A DNA stretch of 32,000 bases from Promethearchaeia archaeon (lineage in GTDB: Archaea; Asgardarchaeota; Lokiarchaeia; Sigyniarchaeales; SOKP01). The notes below the pieces were generated by a model. That model did no database searches and was not told where the DNA came from. It was given only the letters and a program-made list of their open reading frames with translations. The DNA lies in NCBI GenBank assembly GCA_046497275.1, contig JAWOFX010000186.1, positions 7,273 to 39,272 of the forward strand. The letters are read 5' to 3'. The translations under genes were made by a program, and so were the position numbers. Positions 17,989 to 27,863 of this stretch are shown piece after piece (the first letter of the stretch is position 1; each line of letters begins with the position of its first letter).

Positions 17989-18846
17989 TTAGGGCTTAAG
18001 AGTTTTTATATTAGAATATTTTAAAACTTCTCCAGAAATAAAGAATAATCCTTTCTGTCCTACATCTCTACCTTGATCATGATTATCTGCCCAATCTACT
18101 GAAACTTTCCATCCACTTTTTTTAAAATAATTAGTTATCTTTTCTTTTTCTATTCCCCATTTAAAATGTTTGGAAAATGGCCCTAATCTCACCTCAGCAT
18201 ATACAGGGACACATAGATCTGTAAATATTCGGCTCTTTTTTGAGCTAATCTCGCTAATTTTTTTTAATACTAAACTAGCTTCATTTTTTTCCAAGTAATA
18301 CATGACTCCCTCTAAAACCCAAAAGGTTGGGATATCTTTCGAATAACCATAGTGAAAAAGTTTATCAATCCAATTAAGATTCGAGAGATTTTCACTTATT
18401 CGTATTAATTCACACAAAGATTTTTCTCCTTTTAATATTTCTTTTTTATACTCCATTAACTCAGGCAAATCTATTTCAAACAAAGTGTGCAAGTTTTTTG
18501 ATAATGGAGTGAATCGATACGCGCGTGTATCTAATCCTGCACCTAATAAAACTACTTGAGATCTATTTCTTTCATAACACCATAGTTTCAATAAATTTTC
18601 CTCGATATAGTAGGATCTCACTATGCTATAATCCATTTTTGAATATCTCCCATGATCTTTAAAATATTCAGTTAAGTCGCCAGCTAAACTTTTTGCATAC
18701 GGATCAATAATCAATGCATCTTTCAATTCAAATTCTTGAGCACGATAATATGCCATAAGTCTCGCTGTAAAAGGAATAGGTGCTCTGTCTTGATCCACTC
18801 TGTTATATTTATTATTGAACCTTTCAAAAGAAGGATTCTTTTTCAT
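17989..18846 (-). CDS. SAM-dependent methyltransferase, leucine carboxyl methyltransferase (LCM)-like
   Basis: TARLMAYYRA, DPYA..LAG, VRSYYI, QVVLLGAGLDTRAYR, FEIDLP and WVLEGVMYYL. Confidence 0.9.
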   Translation of the reverse strand: MKKNPSFERFNNKYNRVDQDRAPIPFTARLMAYYRAQEFELKDALIIDPYAKSLAGDLTEYFKDHGRYSKMDYSIVRSYYIEENLLKLWCYERNRSQVVLLGAGLDTRAYRFTPLSKNLHTLFEIDLPELMEYKKEILKGEKSLCELIRISENLSNLNWIDKLFHYGYSKDIPTFWVLEGVMYYLEKNEASLVLKKISEISSKKSRIFTDLCVPVYAEVRLGPFSKHFKWGIEKEKITNYFKKSGWKVSVDWADNHDQGRDVGQKGLFFISGEVLKYSNIKTLKP

Positions 18847-18962
18847 AATTTTAAAATCATGTATACATATAAATTTTTTAACGAGTAATATAATTTATTA
18901 AAAATTCTTGAATTTTATTAATTTAAACCCTAGCTAGTAAAATAAGTATAGAACTTGAAAAA

Positions 18963-20072
18963 TTATTTTGATTTTCTAGAAATCATTTTCCTGAAGAAAT
19001 TCTTTCTTTTTTCTCTCCAATCAGTCTCTTTATCTCTGGGAGGGATATATTGATCAATATATTTTTGTGATAATAAAGTCTCTATCAATTTTTGCCCTGG
19101 TTCCGTTCTGGTAATAATTATCGAATAATTTTCCGGTGCACCTGTGGATCCTACACTTATATCAGAAAATCTACCAGCAAAATCATCACAGACTTTGCAA
19201 TGGGATCTTACAGCAGGGTCTAAATTCTTAATATTAACTTCTAAGGTATCACCTTTCTCACTTTCAACAAAAAAGTTCTTCTTTATATATGTTTTTTTAA
19301 TATCTGAAGGTTTTATTCCTTTATCCTTCCTTATTAACTCATAAAGCGTGGAATACTCAAAGTTTTCAAAACAGAATAAACTGATAATATATTTGACAAC
19401 ATGAGCAGGTTTTATACTGAGCAATTTCATTTTCCTTAAGGCTTTTACTTGACAAGGCGTTCCTACAAAAGCCACACGGATTTGGTCAATGTCATAAATA
19501 CCTTTTTCTTTTTGAATTTGTAAGGGAATATTGTACAAGTCTTTTAATGGTAAAACTTGACTAGATATAGAATATCGTGTTCCGGCAGATTTTAAGAGTT
19601 CCTCTTTGTCAAATATTAATTTTGGTTTTGGGTGAAGTTCCTCATCATATTCAGAAACAACAGCAGCATCGATTTTATTTTTCTCGAATAGATAAGATAA
19701 GATAGTAGTAACTATTCCTCCATCTTGTCCAACCTTATTTATTGCTTCTCTTGTTGTTTTTGCAGCGATTATATCAATTATATGCCCTAATTCATCTTGT
19801 ATTTCAAGATTTTCGACTAATAATTCCTCCAACGTGTCTGTTTGAGGACAAATATAATAACAAAGTCCACATTCTGTGCAATTATCTTCATTTTTTTTTG
19901 ATTTGAATTTAGGAATATATTCATCTAACTTAATCACATCAAAGCTTTGGCTTTCACAATAAGCTACACATGCCCCACATGCGCAACATAAATCTTTTTG
20001 AATTACTTCCTTATCTAAATCTTTAAATGTTTTTACTTCCTCTTGCTCACTATTAGATAATGATTCTGTCAT
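18963..20072 (-). CDS. FrhB/FpoF-family F420-dependent oxidoreductase subunit with N-terminal ferredoxin
   Basis: CCACGACVAYC and CTECGLCYYICP, GQDGGIVT, AGTRYS, AFVGTPCQ, SLFCFENF and CKVCDDF...SDISVG. Confidence 0.88.
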   Translation of the reverse strand: MTESLSNSEQEEVKTFKDLDKEVIQKDLCCACGACVAYCESQSFDVIKLDEYIPKFKSKKNEDNCTECGLCYYICPQTDTLEELLVENLEIQDELGHIIDIIAAKTTREAINKVGQDGGIVTTILSYLFEKNKIDAAVVSEYDEELHPKPKLIFDKEELLKSAGTRYSISSQVLPLKDLYNIPLQIQKEKGIYDIDQIRVAFVGTPCQVKALRKMKLLSIKPAHVVKYIISLFCFENFEYSTLYELIRKDKGIKPSDIKKTYIKKNFFVESEKGDTLEVNIKNLDPAVRSHCKVCDDFAGRFSDISVGSTGAPENYSIIITRTEPGQKLIETLLSQKYIDQYIPPRDKETDWREKRKNFFRKMISRKSK

Positions 20073-20081
20073 TTTTTATCC

Positions 20082-20546
20082 TTATTCCTTTTTTAGTTCA
20101 ATCTTTCCAAATTTTTTGGGAAAAGATGAGGGACCTAAATTTGAAATAATCTCATTAAATTCCCGTATTAATTCAGCAAATTGTTTTCCTTCACTAGCTG
20201 AAATCCATTCTAATCGAAATCTATTAGGATTAATTCCTATTTTTTTCAATAAAGTTTTCATATGATTCATTCTTTCTCTTGCTAATTCATTACCACTAAT
20301 ATAATGGCAATCACCGATATGACATCCTGTAACTAAAACACCATCTATACCATTTTTAAATGCAGTTAAAATAAATGAGGGTTCTACCCTTCCTGAACAC
20401 ATCACTCGTACTATTCTGATACTTGGAGGATATTGAAATCTTGAAACTCCCGCTAAGTCTGCTCCGGCATAAGAACACCAGTTACAGCAGAAAACTAAAA
20501 TTTCTGGAAGAAAGGCTTCTTTCTCTTTAATTTTTGTTTTACTCAT
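20082..20546 (-). CDS. mvhD: MvhD [2Fe-2S] protein, all-Cys form
   Basis: FCCNWCSYAGADLAG, VMCSGRV, GCHIGDCHY and WISASEG. Confidence 0.95.
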   Translation of the reverse strand: MSKTKIKEKEAFLPEILVFCCNWCSYAGADLAGVSRFQYPPSIRIVRVMCSGRVEPSFILTAFKNGIDGVLVTGCHIGDCHYISGNELARERMNHMKTLLKKIGINPNRFRLEWISASEGKQFAELIREFNEIISNLGPSSFPKKFGKIELKKE

Positions 20547-20575
20547 TATTAATTTAATCCCTCAAATATTGGATA

Positions 20576-23500
20576 TTATTCTAAATTAATGCCTGGTAAT
20601 AATTCAATCTGTTTTCTAATCTGAAAATTACTGAAATGTCTCTGATTAATAGCCCCTAATGGACATTCAGCCGCACATGCCCCGCATCCTTTACAGAGTG
20701 CTTTAATTACATGTGCTTTTTTCTCATTGACAGTATAAAGACCAATCTGTTTAGTAATTTCTAACATTTCTATCGCATTGTAAGGACATATCTCTGCACA
20801 TGCACCACATCCTATACATTTCTCCTCATTCACATAACAAGTTATCCCCTCCGTCTCGACTTCTCCTTTAACCATTAAAGAAGCGGCTCTCCCGGCAGCT
20901 CCATATGCTTGTGTTATTGCTTCATCTATCCATTTTGGCCAGTGTGCTCCGCCACATAAGAAAATCCCATCAGTTGCAAAATCAACTGGACGAAGTTTAA
21001 CATGAGCCTCCAAAAAGAATCCATCTTTAGTGGTAGGGACTTTAAGCATTTTAGCGAGTTCATTAGTTCCCCTCCCCGGAATTTCAGGGGTTGCAAGAAC
21101 TAATAGGTCTGTATCATATTCAACTTCACAATTCGCACCAAGATTATTATAATTTATGTGAAATGCTCCATTATTCTCTGAAATCGTTATTTCTTTGATG
21201 GATTTATATCTTTCAAAAGAAACTTTTTTCCTTAAATCACGCCATAATCGCTCAGCATTCAAGTCAGAAAATTGTAATTCTCTATATAGAATATGGATAT
21301 GTGCTTCTGGATTGATATCCAAGAGTTTTTCAATATTTTTAAGCGCTACTTTACAACAAATATTACTACAATAGGTTTTTATAGTCTCACCTTGATTAAA
21401 TTCATTCCGTCTTTGATCCACACATAATATAATTGTAGCATCATTAAAACCTGGTACTTTTGTATCTTGCGTAGCTTCTAATTCATTTTGAGTGAAAACT
21501 TTATTTGGATGCTTTTTAATAGCATCTTTCCATCTATCTGTATCTGATTGACTAGTTCCCGTAGCCACAATGATAGTTCCAACTATGAAATCAAAAGTGT
21601 CTGATTCATTTTGGACATTTTGGGTTTTAATTTCATAATTTCCTACGTATCCGGTTATATCTGTGATTATAGAGCTCGTTAATAAATGAACATTTGATTT
21701 TGTCTTTAAATCATTAATATCCTTCAAAATATCTTGTTTATGCATAGGAATATCATATAAATCAATGAATTCTAAAGAATTCCCTCCTAAACTTGGCTTT
21801 TTCTCAACAAGATATAATTCAAATCCTTGATTAGCAAGATTATGAGCTGCCACTATACCAGCAATTCCGCCACCTATTATCATAGCTGATTTTTCAACCT
21901 TAACTTTGATTTTTTCAAGAGGTTGAAGATTAACGACTTTAGCCAAATACATTCTGATTAAGTCGCAAGCTTTTTTAGTCGCTTTTTCAGGCTCATTATG
22001 GTGTACCCAAGAATCTTGATCTCTAATATTAACCAATTCAAATAAAAATGGATTTAATCCAGCTTCTTTTAAAGTATTTCTAAATAATGGTTCATGAGTT
22101 CTTGGAGTACATGATGCTACCATAAATCTATTTAATTTATATTCTTTAATCATTTCCTTGATTCTCTCTTGAGAATCCGAACTGCATGAATACATATTTT
22201 CTTCGGCATGTGTTACATAAGGAAGCTTAGAAACATAATCAACCACCGCTGAAGTATCAACAACCCCCGCGATATTTATTCCACATTGGCATACAAGAAC
22301 ACCTACTCTTGGTTCATCATCTATACCTACAGGAATTTCTGGGGGATAAACAACCTCTTTTATATTATTAAATCTAACGGGATTGAGTTTTTCACTTATT
22401 TTGGCGGCGCAAGCACTTCCCTCAGCAACCGCTACAGGTATATCTTTTGGTTTCCTTGAATAACCAGTAAAAAATATGTTATTTTCTTCTGATTTAATCA
22501 ATCCCTCTTCATTAATAAAACCAAATTCATTATAGTCAACATTAATGCAATCTAATAAATCATAATAAGAATCATTTGGAAATAAAGCACTTGCTAATAC
22601 AACCATATCATATTCATCATTTTCAACTTTATTTTTATCAATATCTTCATAAAATAAAGTCAATTTACCATTTTGCGGATTCTCCTTAACCAAGGAAACT
22701 CTACCATTAACATAATTTACTCCGTATTCCTCTTTACTTTTTACTATAAATTCATAAAAATTCTTACCTTTTGCTCTTATCTCTGTATTGAATATAGCAC
22801 ATTCAGTATCTGGAGCATGTTCTTTAGCCACGATTGCTTGTTTAGCAGAGGACATACAACAAATTGAAGAACAATATTTTTTACAATCTGGATGATGGAA
22901 ATCTCGCGATCCAACACATTGTAGAAAAGCAATCTTATGAGGATGTTTTTTATCATCGAAACATATTAATTCTCCACCTGTTGGCCCATTAGCAGATAAT
23001 AATCTTTCAAATTGCATACTTGAAAGAACATTTGGATTTGAACCCGCCAGTAGAGAATAAAACTCTGGGTACTGCTGTTCATAACCAGTGGCTATAACGA
23101 TCGCTCCAACATTTATATCAATTTCTTTGGGTTTTTGAGTGAAATCAATCGCGTCTGCTTTACACCCTGTAGCACATAGTTTACAAATTCCATGATTCAA
23201 ATAAAGACATTTGTTTTCATCAATTAAATAGATTGGAGGAACTGAAGAGGGAAATGAGATATGAGCAGCACTACGAGTAGTTAAGTGAGCATCAAATTCA
23301 CTTGGAATTCCTTTTACGGGACAAATTGTAGCACAATCTCCACAACCCTTACATTTTGTCTCATCAACATACCTTGGTTTTCGAATTACTTTCACATTAT
23401 AATTTCCAGCCGTTCCATTAATTTTTTCTACATGTGAATAGGTTAGTAGCTCAATATTAGGATTTCTATATACTTCCACCATTTTTGGAGCTAAAATACA

Positions 23501-23677
23501 CAAAGAACAATCTAACGTAGGAAATGTCTTATCTAATTGTGCCATTGTACCTCCAATTGTAGGCTTTTTTTCTACTAAGTATACTTTAAACCCTAATTCA
23601 GTTAGATCTAAAGAAGTTTGGATACCCGCTATACCAGCACCTATCACTAGAACGGAACTTGATAATGCTTCTGTCAT
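20576..23677 (-). CDS. hdrA: Long, domain-rearranged HdrA-like flavoprotein (1033 aa), all-Cys form
   Basis: Order: FAD module 1 (GAGIAG, TLDCSLC, ferredoxin insert, QCVGSR, CSSICC); HdrA N-terminal-type domain (VCQCG, SCS, ASCTP); FAD module 2 (GGGIAG, CSNICC); C-terminal ferredoxin. Confidence 0.9.
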   Translation of the reverse strand: MTEALSSSVLVIGAGIAGIQTSLDLTELGFKVYLVEKKPTIGGTMAQLDKTFPTLDCSLCILAPKMVEVYRNPNIELLTYSHVEKINGTAGNYNVKVIRKPRYVDETKCKGCGDCATICPVKGIPSEFDAHLTTRSAAHISFPSSVPPIYLIDENKCLYLNHGICKLCATGCKADAIDFTQKPKEIDINVGAIVIATGYEQQYPEFYSLLAGSNPNVLSSMQFERLLSANGPTGGELICFDDKKHPHKIAFLQCVGSRDFHHPDCKKYCSSICCMSSAKQAIVAKEHAPDTECAIFNTEIRAKGKNFYEFIVKSKEEYGVNYVNGRVSLVKENPQNGKLTLFYEDIDKNKVENDEYDMVVLASALFPNDSYYDLLDCINVDYNEFGFINEEGLIKSEENNIFFTGYSRKPKDIPVAVAEGSACAAKISEKLNPVRFNNIKEVVYPPEIPVGIDDEPRVGVLVCQCGINIAGVVDTSAVVDYVSKLPYVTHAEENMYSCSSDSQERIKEMIKEYKLNRFMVASCTPRTHEPLFRNTLKEAGLNPFLFELVNIRDQDSWVHHNEPEKATKKACDLIRMYLAKVVNLQPLEKIKVKVEKSAMIIGGGIAGIVAAHNLANQGFELYLVEKKPSLGGNSLEFIDLYDIPMHKQDILKDINDLKTKSNVHLLTSSIITDITGYVGNYEIKTQNVQNESDTFDFIVGTIIVATGTSQSDTDRWKDAIKKHPNKVFTQNELEATQDTKVPGFNDATIILCVDQRRNEFNQGETIKTYCSNICCKVALKNIEKLLDINPEAHIHILYRELQFSDLNAERLWRDLRKKVSFERYKSIKEITISENNGAFHINYNNLGANCEVEYDTDLLVLATPEIPGRGTNELAKMLKVPTTKDGFFLEAHVKLRPVDFATDGIFLCGGAHWPKWIDEAITQAYGAAGRAASLMVKGEVETEGITCYVNEEKCIGCGACAEICPYNAIEMLEITKQIGLYTVNEKKAHVIKALCKGCGACAAECPLGAINQRHFSNFQIRKQIELLPGINLE

Positions 23678-23913
23678 ATTACATAAATCAGCTTAAAAAT
23701 TAATTGAATTGAATAAACTCTTGTAAGATATAAAAATAGTTTTTGAATTTTTAATTTAAGTATTTATTTTCAAAACATTTGCCCCTAAATAATTGATTTT
23801 TTAGAGGCTTTAAAATGTTCTTTTTACTTAAAAAACATTCGAAACAAAGATTCAAAAATTCTTTATTTTATTAAAATAATATATTAATCATAAATTAAGG
23901 AACGGGAAAAAAA

Positions 23914-24582
23914 ATAGAGTCTTCAATAAGAAGAAAGTTCTATAGTCAAGATAATGAGTTGTTATGTATTTTAGATTATTATAATTTTTCAAATGTGAAG
24001 ATAAAATTTACTAACCCGGAACTTTTAAACCTTTCAAAGTCTTCTGAAACTTTTGATTCTCTATTTCTGAAAGACATAAAAGAGAATTTAGCAGTCGATA
24101 ATGAACGTTTAGAAATTAATATTGATTGTTATGGTGATACCAATTTAATTGAATATATCAAAATCATTAGTCTTCAAACTATTGAAGAATATAACTACAT
24201 AACGCATAAGATTGTGGATTTACTCTCAAAAGTTCGAGAATCAGTGATCACATCTAAAATTGAGAGAAAATTTTATTCAAAAAATGATGAATTGTTATGT
24301 GTTGTGAATTATCTTGATTTTAATCGGGTTAATATAACTTTTGTGAATCCAGATCAATTTAAACTCGAAAAAAGTTCTAAAATTTTTAAGAACATTTTTA
24401 GCGAAAAAATAATCTCAGATCTGAAGCAGAAAAATCCAGAAATAAAGATCAATTATAACTTACATGAGAATTCTGAAATTATCGAGTCTATCGATATTTT
24501 AAATATTGGAAATATATCTAATTATAACTATATCTGTGAGAAATTAATGGAATTATTATCAGAAAAAGCTGTTATGCAATAA
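23914..24582 (+). CDS. Hypothetical protein built from two ~105-aa homologous repeats; frame is open upstream of the annotated TTG 23959
   Basis: Repeat 1 IESSIRRKFYSQDNELLCILDY...YNYITHKIVDLL; repeat 2 ITSKIERKFYSKNDELLCVVNY...YNYICEKLMELL. The in-frame stop is at 23896-23898. Confidence 0.7.
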   Translation: MESSIRRKFYSQDNELLCILDYYNFSNVKIKFTNPELLNLSKSSETFDSLFLKDIKENLAVDNERLEINIDCYGDTNLIEYIKIISLQTIEEYNYITHKIVDLLSKVRESVITSKIERKFYSKNDELLCVVNYLDFNRVNITFVNPDQFKLEKSSKIFKNIFSEKIISDLKQKNPEIKINYNLHENSEIIESIDILNIGNISNYNYICEKLMELLSEKAVMQ

Positions 24583-24768
24583 TTTTTCTCCTATTTTTAC
24601 AGATTTATTTTGCATTTTCACTATTAATCTTAATCCTCTTTTACTTTTAAAAAATATAAATGCTATTTTAAGACAATTTGACATTAAAATATTTATTTCT
24701 CATGAGTATTATGTAACATAACTAATGAAAAAAGAGTGTGAGATTTTATAACTCAACTAGCATCAAAA

Positions 24769-25248
24769 ATGATTTCTTGTCCTAAATGTGGGGAGAGGAA
24801 TAAGATAATTTATTACGCTAGTATTAATACATTCATGGATATCGATGGTAGCTTAATTGCCAGATTGATTGATGGGACGTTAAATACACATAAATGTCAT
24901 AATTGCGGAACTTTAATACGTTTATCCCGGGATGTACTTATTAATACTCCAAATGATATGTTTTATCTCAATCCTGTTGAAAGTCGAGAATATAAGGAAT
25001 CAATTTTAAAAAAAAATAGGATTTTAACTCAAAATGGAAGAAACCTTTCTGGGTATGAATCTACATTTTCAAAAGCAAAAACCAAACTTGAAAAAGAACA
25101 AGTAAAACCCGCTCCTCTTCCACCTCCTGCCCCTAAAATTACACCCCGTACTCAAATTTATAATGAACTCCATAGAATTCTCTCTGAGAAATTGTCGCCA
25201 AAAATTAAAAAAGATACCGAAAAGGAAGAATCAAAAAATGATATATAA
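24769..25248 (+). CDS. CpXC-domain zinc-ribbon protein with Pro-rich C-terminal region
   Basis: ISCPKCG...ASINT...LIDGTLNTHKCHNCG, then KPAPLPPPAPKITP. Confidence 0.8.
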   Translation: MISCPKCGERNKIIYYASINTFMDIDGSLIARLIDGTLNTHKCHNCGTLIRLSRDVLINTPNDMFYLNPVESREYKESILKKNRILTQNGRNLSGYESTFSKAKTKLEKEQVKPAPLPPPAPKITPRTQIYNELHRILSEKLSPKIKKDTEKEESKNDI

Positions 25249-25414
25249 AAAAGATTTCCAATCGAAAGAATCTCTCCTTTCTTTACATCTTTTGGTTTAC
25301 TTTTAACTTTATAATTCTCAATTTTTTTCTAAAGAATATTACAGTCTTTATTTTAATTCTTTGTAAATTTATCTTATACATACTAATATAAATACGCGAA
25401 TTTTATAATAGTAG

Positions 25415-27367
25415 ATGGAAGAAAAGAAAATTGTCTGTGCAAGAGATTGTTATGATGCGTGTAGTATGATTATAGAAACCGATAAAAAAGGCAATTTGAT
25501 TTCGATTAGAGGTGACTCAGATCATCCAATCACAAGAGGTGTGTTATGTCCTCGAGGAGTAAAAGATATTGAACATGTATATAAAAATCGAATCTTATAT
25601 CCTCACAAGTTCGATAATTCGATGAGAGATTATGAAAGATTCTCATGGGAAGAAGCCCTTAATAAAATATCGGTAAAACTTATAGAATGTTTGGAAAAGT
25701 ATGATTCAGATTCAATATTACATATAGATTTCGCGGGAAATGGTGGTATTTTAACATGGGATTATCCTTTAAGATTTTGGAATTTTATAGGGGCTGCCCA
25801 AACTGATTATTCAATTTGTACTAAATCTGGGCATAAAGCAATCTCACTTCACTATGGAAAAAGCTATGGAATCCAACCAGAAAACCTTTTAAACCAAAAA
25901 TTAATAGTATTTTGGGGGTTTAATGCTTCAGAGAGTGCTCCTCATCTATGGAATTTATGTCTTAAAGCTAGAAAGAAAAATAATACCTTATTAGTTACAA
26001 TCGATCCAAGAAAATCCGAGACAGCAAAACAATCTGATTTATGGATAAATCCTTTTCCAGGGACTGATACTTATTTAGCGCTTGGCATATCCAAATATTT
26101 AATTGATAATGAATATATAAATAAGGAATTCATTAAGAAATGGACATTTGGATTTGATAAATATAAATTATTAGTGGATAGTATTGAATATAATGAAGTT
26201 GAAGAGATTTGCCACATAAACAAGAAAACATTAAGAGACGTATCAGGACTTTACGCTAAATTTAGACCGAATGCTTCTTTGATCGGGATAGGACTATCGA
26301 AAAGTAGATATGGAGCGAATTCAGTCCGAACTATATCACTTATTCCTGCATTGTTAGGAATTCATCGTGGATTTTTCTTTAGCAATGATCAAGCGTACTT
26401 TATTAATAAAGATTATTTGAGATTGGAAGATCTAAATAAAGATCGGAAGATCATAAGTCAGGTAAATATTGCTGAAGATCTTGAAAAAAATAATATTAAG
26501 TTTATCTATATTTTCAATTCGAATCCCTCAGCCAGTTTACCAAATCAAAAAAAATTTAGAGCATTCTTGAAAAGAAAGGATGTATTTGTTGTGGTTCATG
26601 ATAGTCATTGGTCCTCGATATGTAATTTCGCAGATATCGTGCTTCCAGCTCCAACCTTTTTTGAAAAAGAAGATATAATAATTCCTTGGAGTCATTCATA
26701 TATTCGATATAATCCTAAAATAATAAACCCATTGGGAGAAAGCAAGAGTGAAATGTGGGTTTTTAAGAAAATATCAGAGAAATTAGATATAAAAAAGGGT
26801 GGATTATGGGAAGATCCCTTGCAAGTTGGCAAAAAATTTCTAGAATATTCCTTAGAAAAGGGTTCATTTGAAGATCTAATAAACGATAACCTATTAAAAT
26901 TGAAAACGAGGAAAATTAATAAATATTATACACCATCGAAAAAGATCGAGTTCTATTCTACTGTTGCCAAGAAAATGGGGATTGCCCCATTACCTAACAC
27001 TGATCATCCAACAGTTGATTCTGATGAATTTATTTTGTTGACCAGTTCACTTAAAAACTATACCCATTCACAATTTCAAGAAATTTATGGTGAAATACCT
27101 CCAATTTTAAAATTGAATATTGAAGATGCTCAAGAATTAGGGATTGAGGATGATATGAAGGTAGAAATCTATAATTCATTTGGTTCTATAAAATTAAAAT
27201 CACAAATGCCAGATCAAATGAAAAAAGGAGTCTTATGGGCTCCCAAATTAGTAATTGGATTAGATGGAAATCCTGTTAATATTTTGACGTCTAACATTCC
27301 CCAAAAAATAGGAGGCGGTTCTTCCTTTAATTCAACAAAAGTTCGAATTAGGAAAATTTCTTCATAA
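25415..27367 (+). CDS. Molybdopterin-dependent oxidoreductase (DMSO reductase superfamily, uncharacterised subgroup)
   Basis: CARDCYDAC...HPITRGVLCPRG [4Fe-4S] motif, FWGFN, IDPRKSETA, ADIVLPAPTFFEKED and a C-terminal molydopterin dinucleotide-binding domain. No in-frame TGA. Confidence 0.9.
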   Translation: MEEKKIVCARDCYDACSMIIETDKKGNLISIRGDSDHPITRGVLCPRGVKDIEHVYKNRILYPHKFDNSMRDYERFSWEEALNKISVKLIECLEKYDSDSILHIDFAGNGGILTWDYPLRFWNFIGAAQTDYSICTKSGHKAISLHYGKSYGIQPENLLNQKLIVFWGFNASESAPHLWNLCLKARKKNNTLLVTIDPRKSETAKQSDLWINPFPGTDTYLALGISKYLIDNEYINKEFIKKWTFGFDKYKLLVDSIEYNEVEEICHINKKTLRDVSGLYAKFRPNASLIGIGLSKSRYGANSVRTISLIPALLGIHRGFFFSNDQAYFINKDYLRLEDLNKDRKIISQVNIAEDLEKNNIKFIYIFNSNPSASLPNQKKFRAFLKRKDVFVVVHDSHWSSICNFADIVLPAPTFFEKEDIIIPWSHSYIRYNPKIINPLGESKSEMWVFKKISEKLDIKKGGLWEDPLQVGKKFLEYSLEKGSFEDLINDNLLKLKTRKINKYYTPSKKIEFYSTVAKKMGIAPLPNTDHPTVDSDEFILLTSSLKNYTHSQFQEIYGEIPPILKLNIEDAQELGIEDDMKVEIYNSFGSIKLKSQMPDQMKKGVLWAPKLVIGLDGNPVNILTSNIPQKIGGGSSFNSTKVRIRKISS

Positions 27368-27372
27368 TTATT

Positions 27373-27756
27373 TTGGAAAAACCTGGAATTTGTACCAATG
27401 AAATACTTAAAGAATTAGATTTAGCTAAAGTACAACTTCAATGGCATTTAGATATTCTGCTTTCCAATGAAATTATCAAAATGAAAAAGCTAGGACGATA
27501 TACAACATTTTATTCTAATTTAAATAATGTTGATTTAGATTATACTAAAATCTTATTATCCAAATCTGATATTACTTCAAATATTTTGGATCTCATTAAG
27601 AAAAACCCAGGAATCAATTCAAAAACTATTTCTGAAAGATTAAATTTAAGTCGGAGCTCAATAAAATACCATGTAGACAAGTTAATTAAAAGAAAAATCA
27701 TTTCCTTTAAAGATGTAGGGAATGAAAAACAACTCGATTTTATTAAAAGAAAATAA
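27373..27756 (+). CDS. Tandem winged helix-turn-helix protein, apparently N-terminally short
   Basis: EKPGICTNEIL...LQWHLDILL and IKKNPGINSKTISERLNLSRSSIKYHVDKL. TTG start 5 nt after the previous stop. Confidence 0.75.
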   Translation: MEKPGICTNEILKELDLAKVQLQWHLDILLSNEIIKMKKLGRYTTFYSNLNNVDLDYTKILLSKSDITSNILDLIKKNPGINSKTISERLNLSRSSIKYHVDKLIKRKIISFKDVGNEKQLDFIKRK

Positions 27757-27863
27757 ATTTTGCTAAGTTAAGAAGATGAAAAGAATCTGACTCTAAATCT
27801 CTTATTATTTATATTTTTCTTTAAGTCACAACAATCAATAGTTATCTCAAATTATATAAGTAG

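Noticed and set aside
25415-27367. Molybdopterin enzyme as the missing FdhA partner of the fdhB-like gene
   Set aside because: It lacks the FdhA (C/U)H active-site motif, is on the opposite strand and lies more than 20 kb away.
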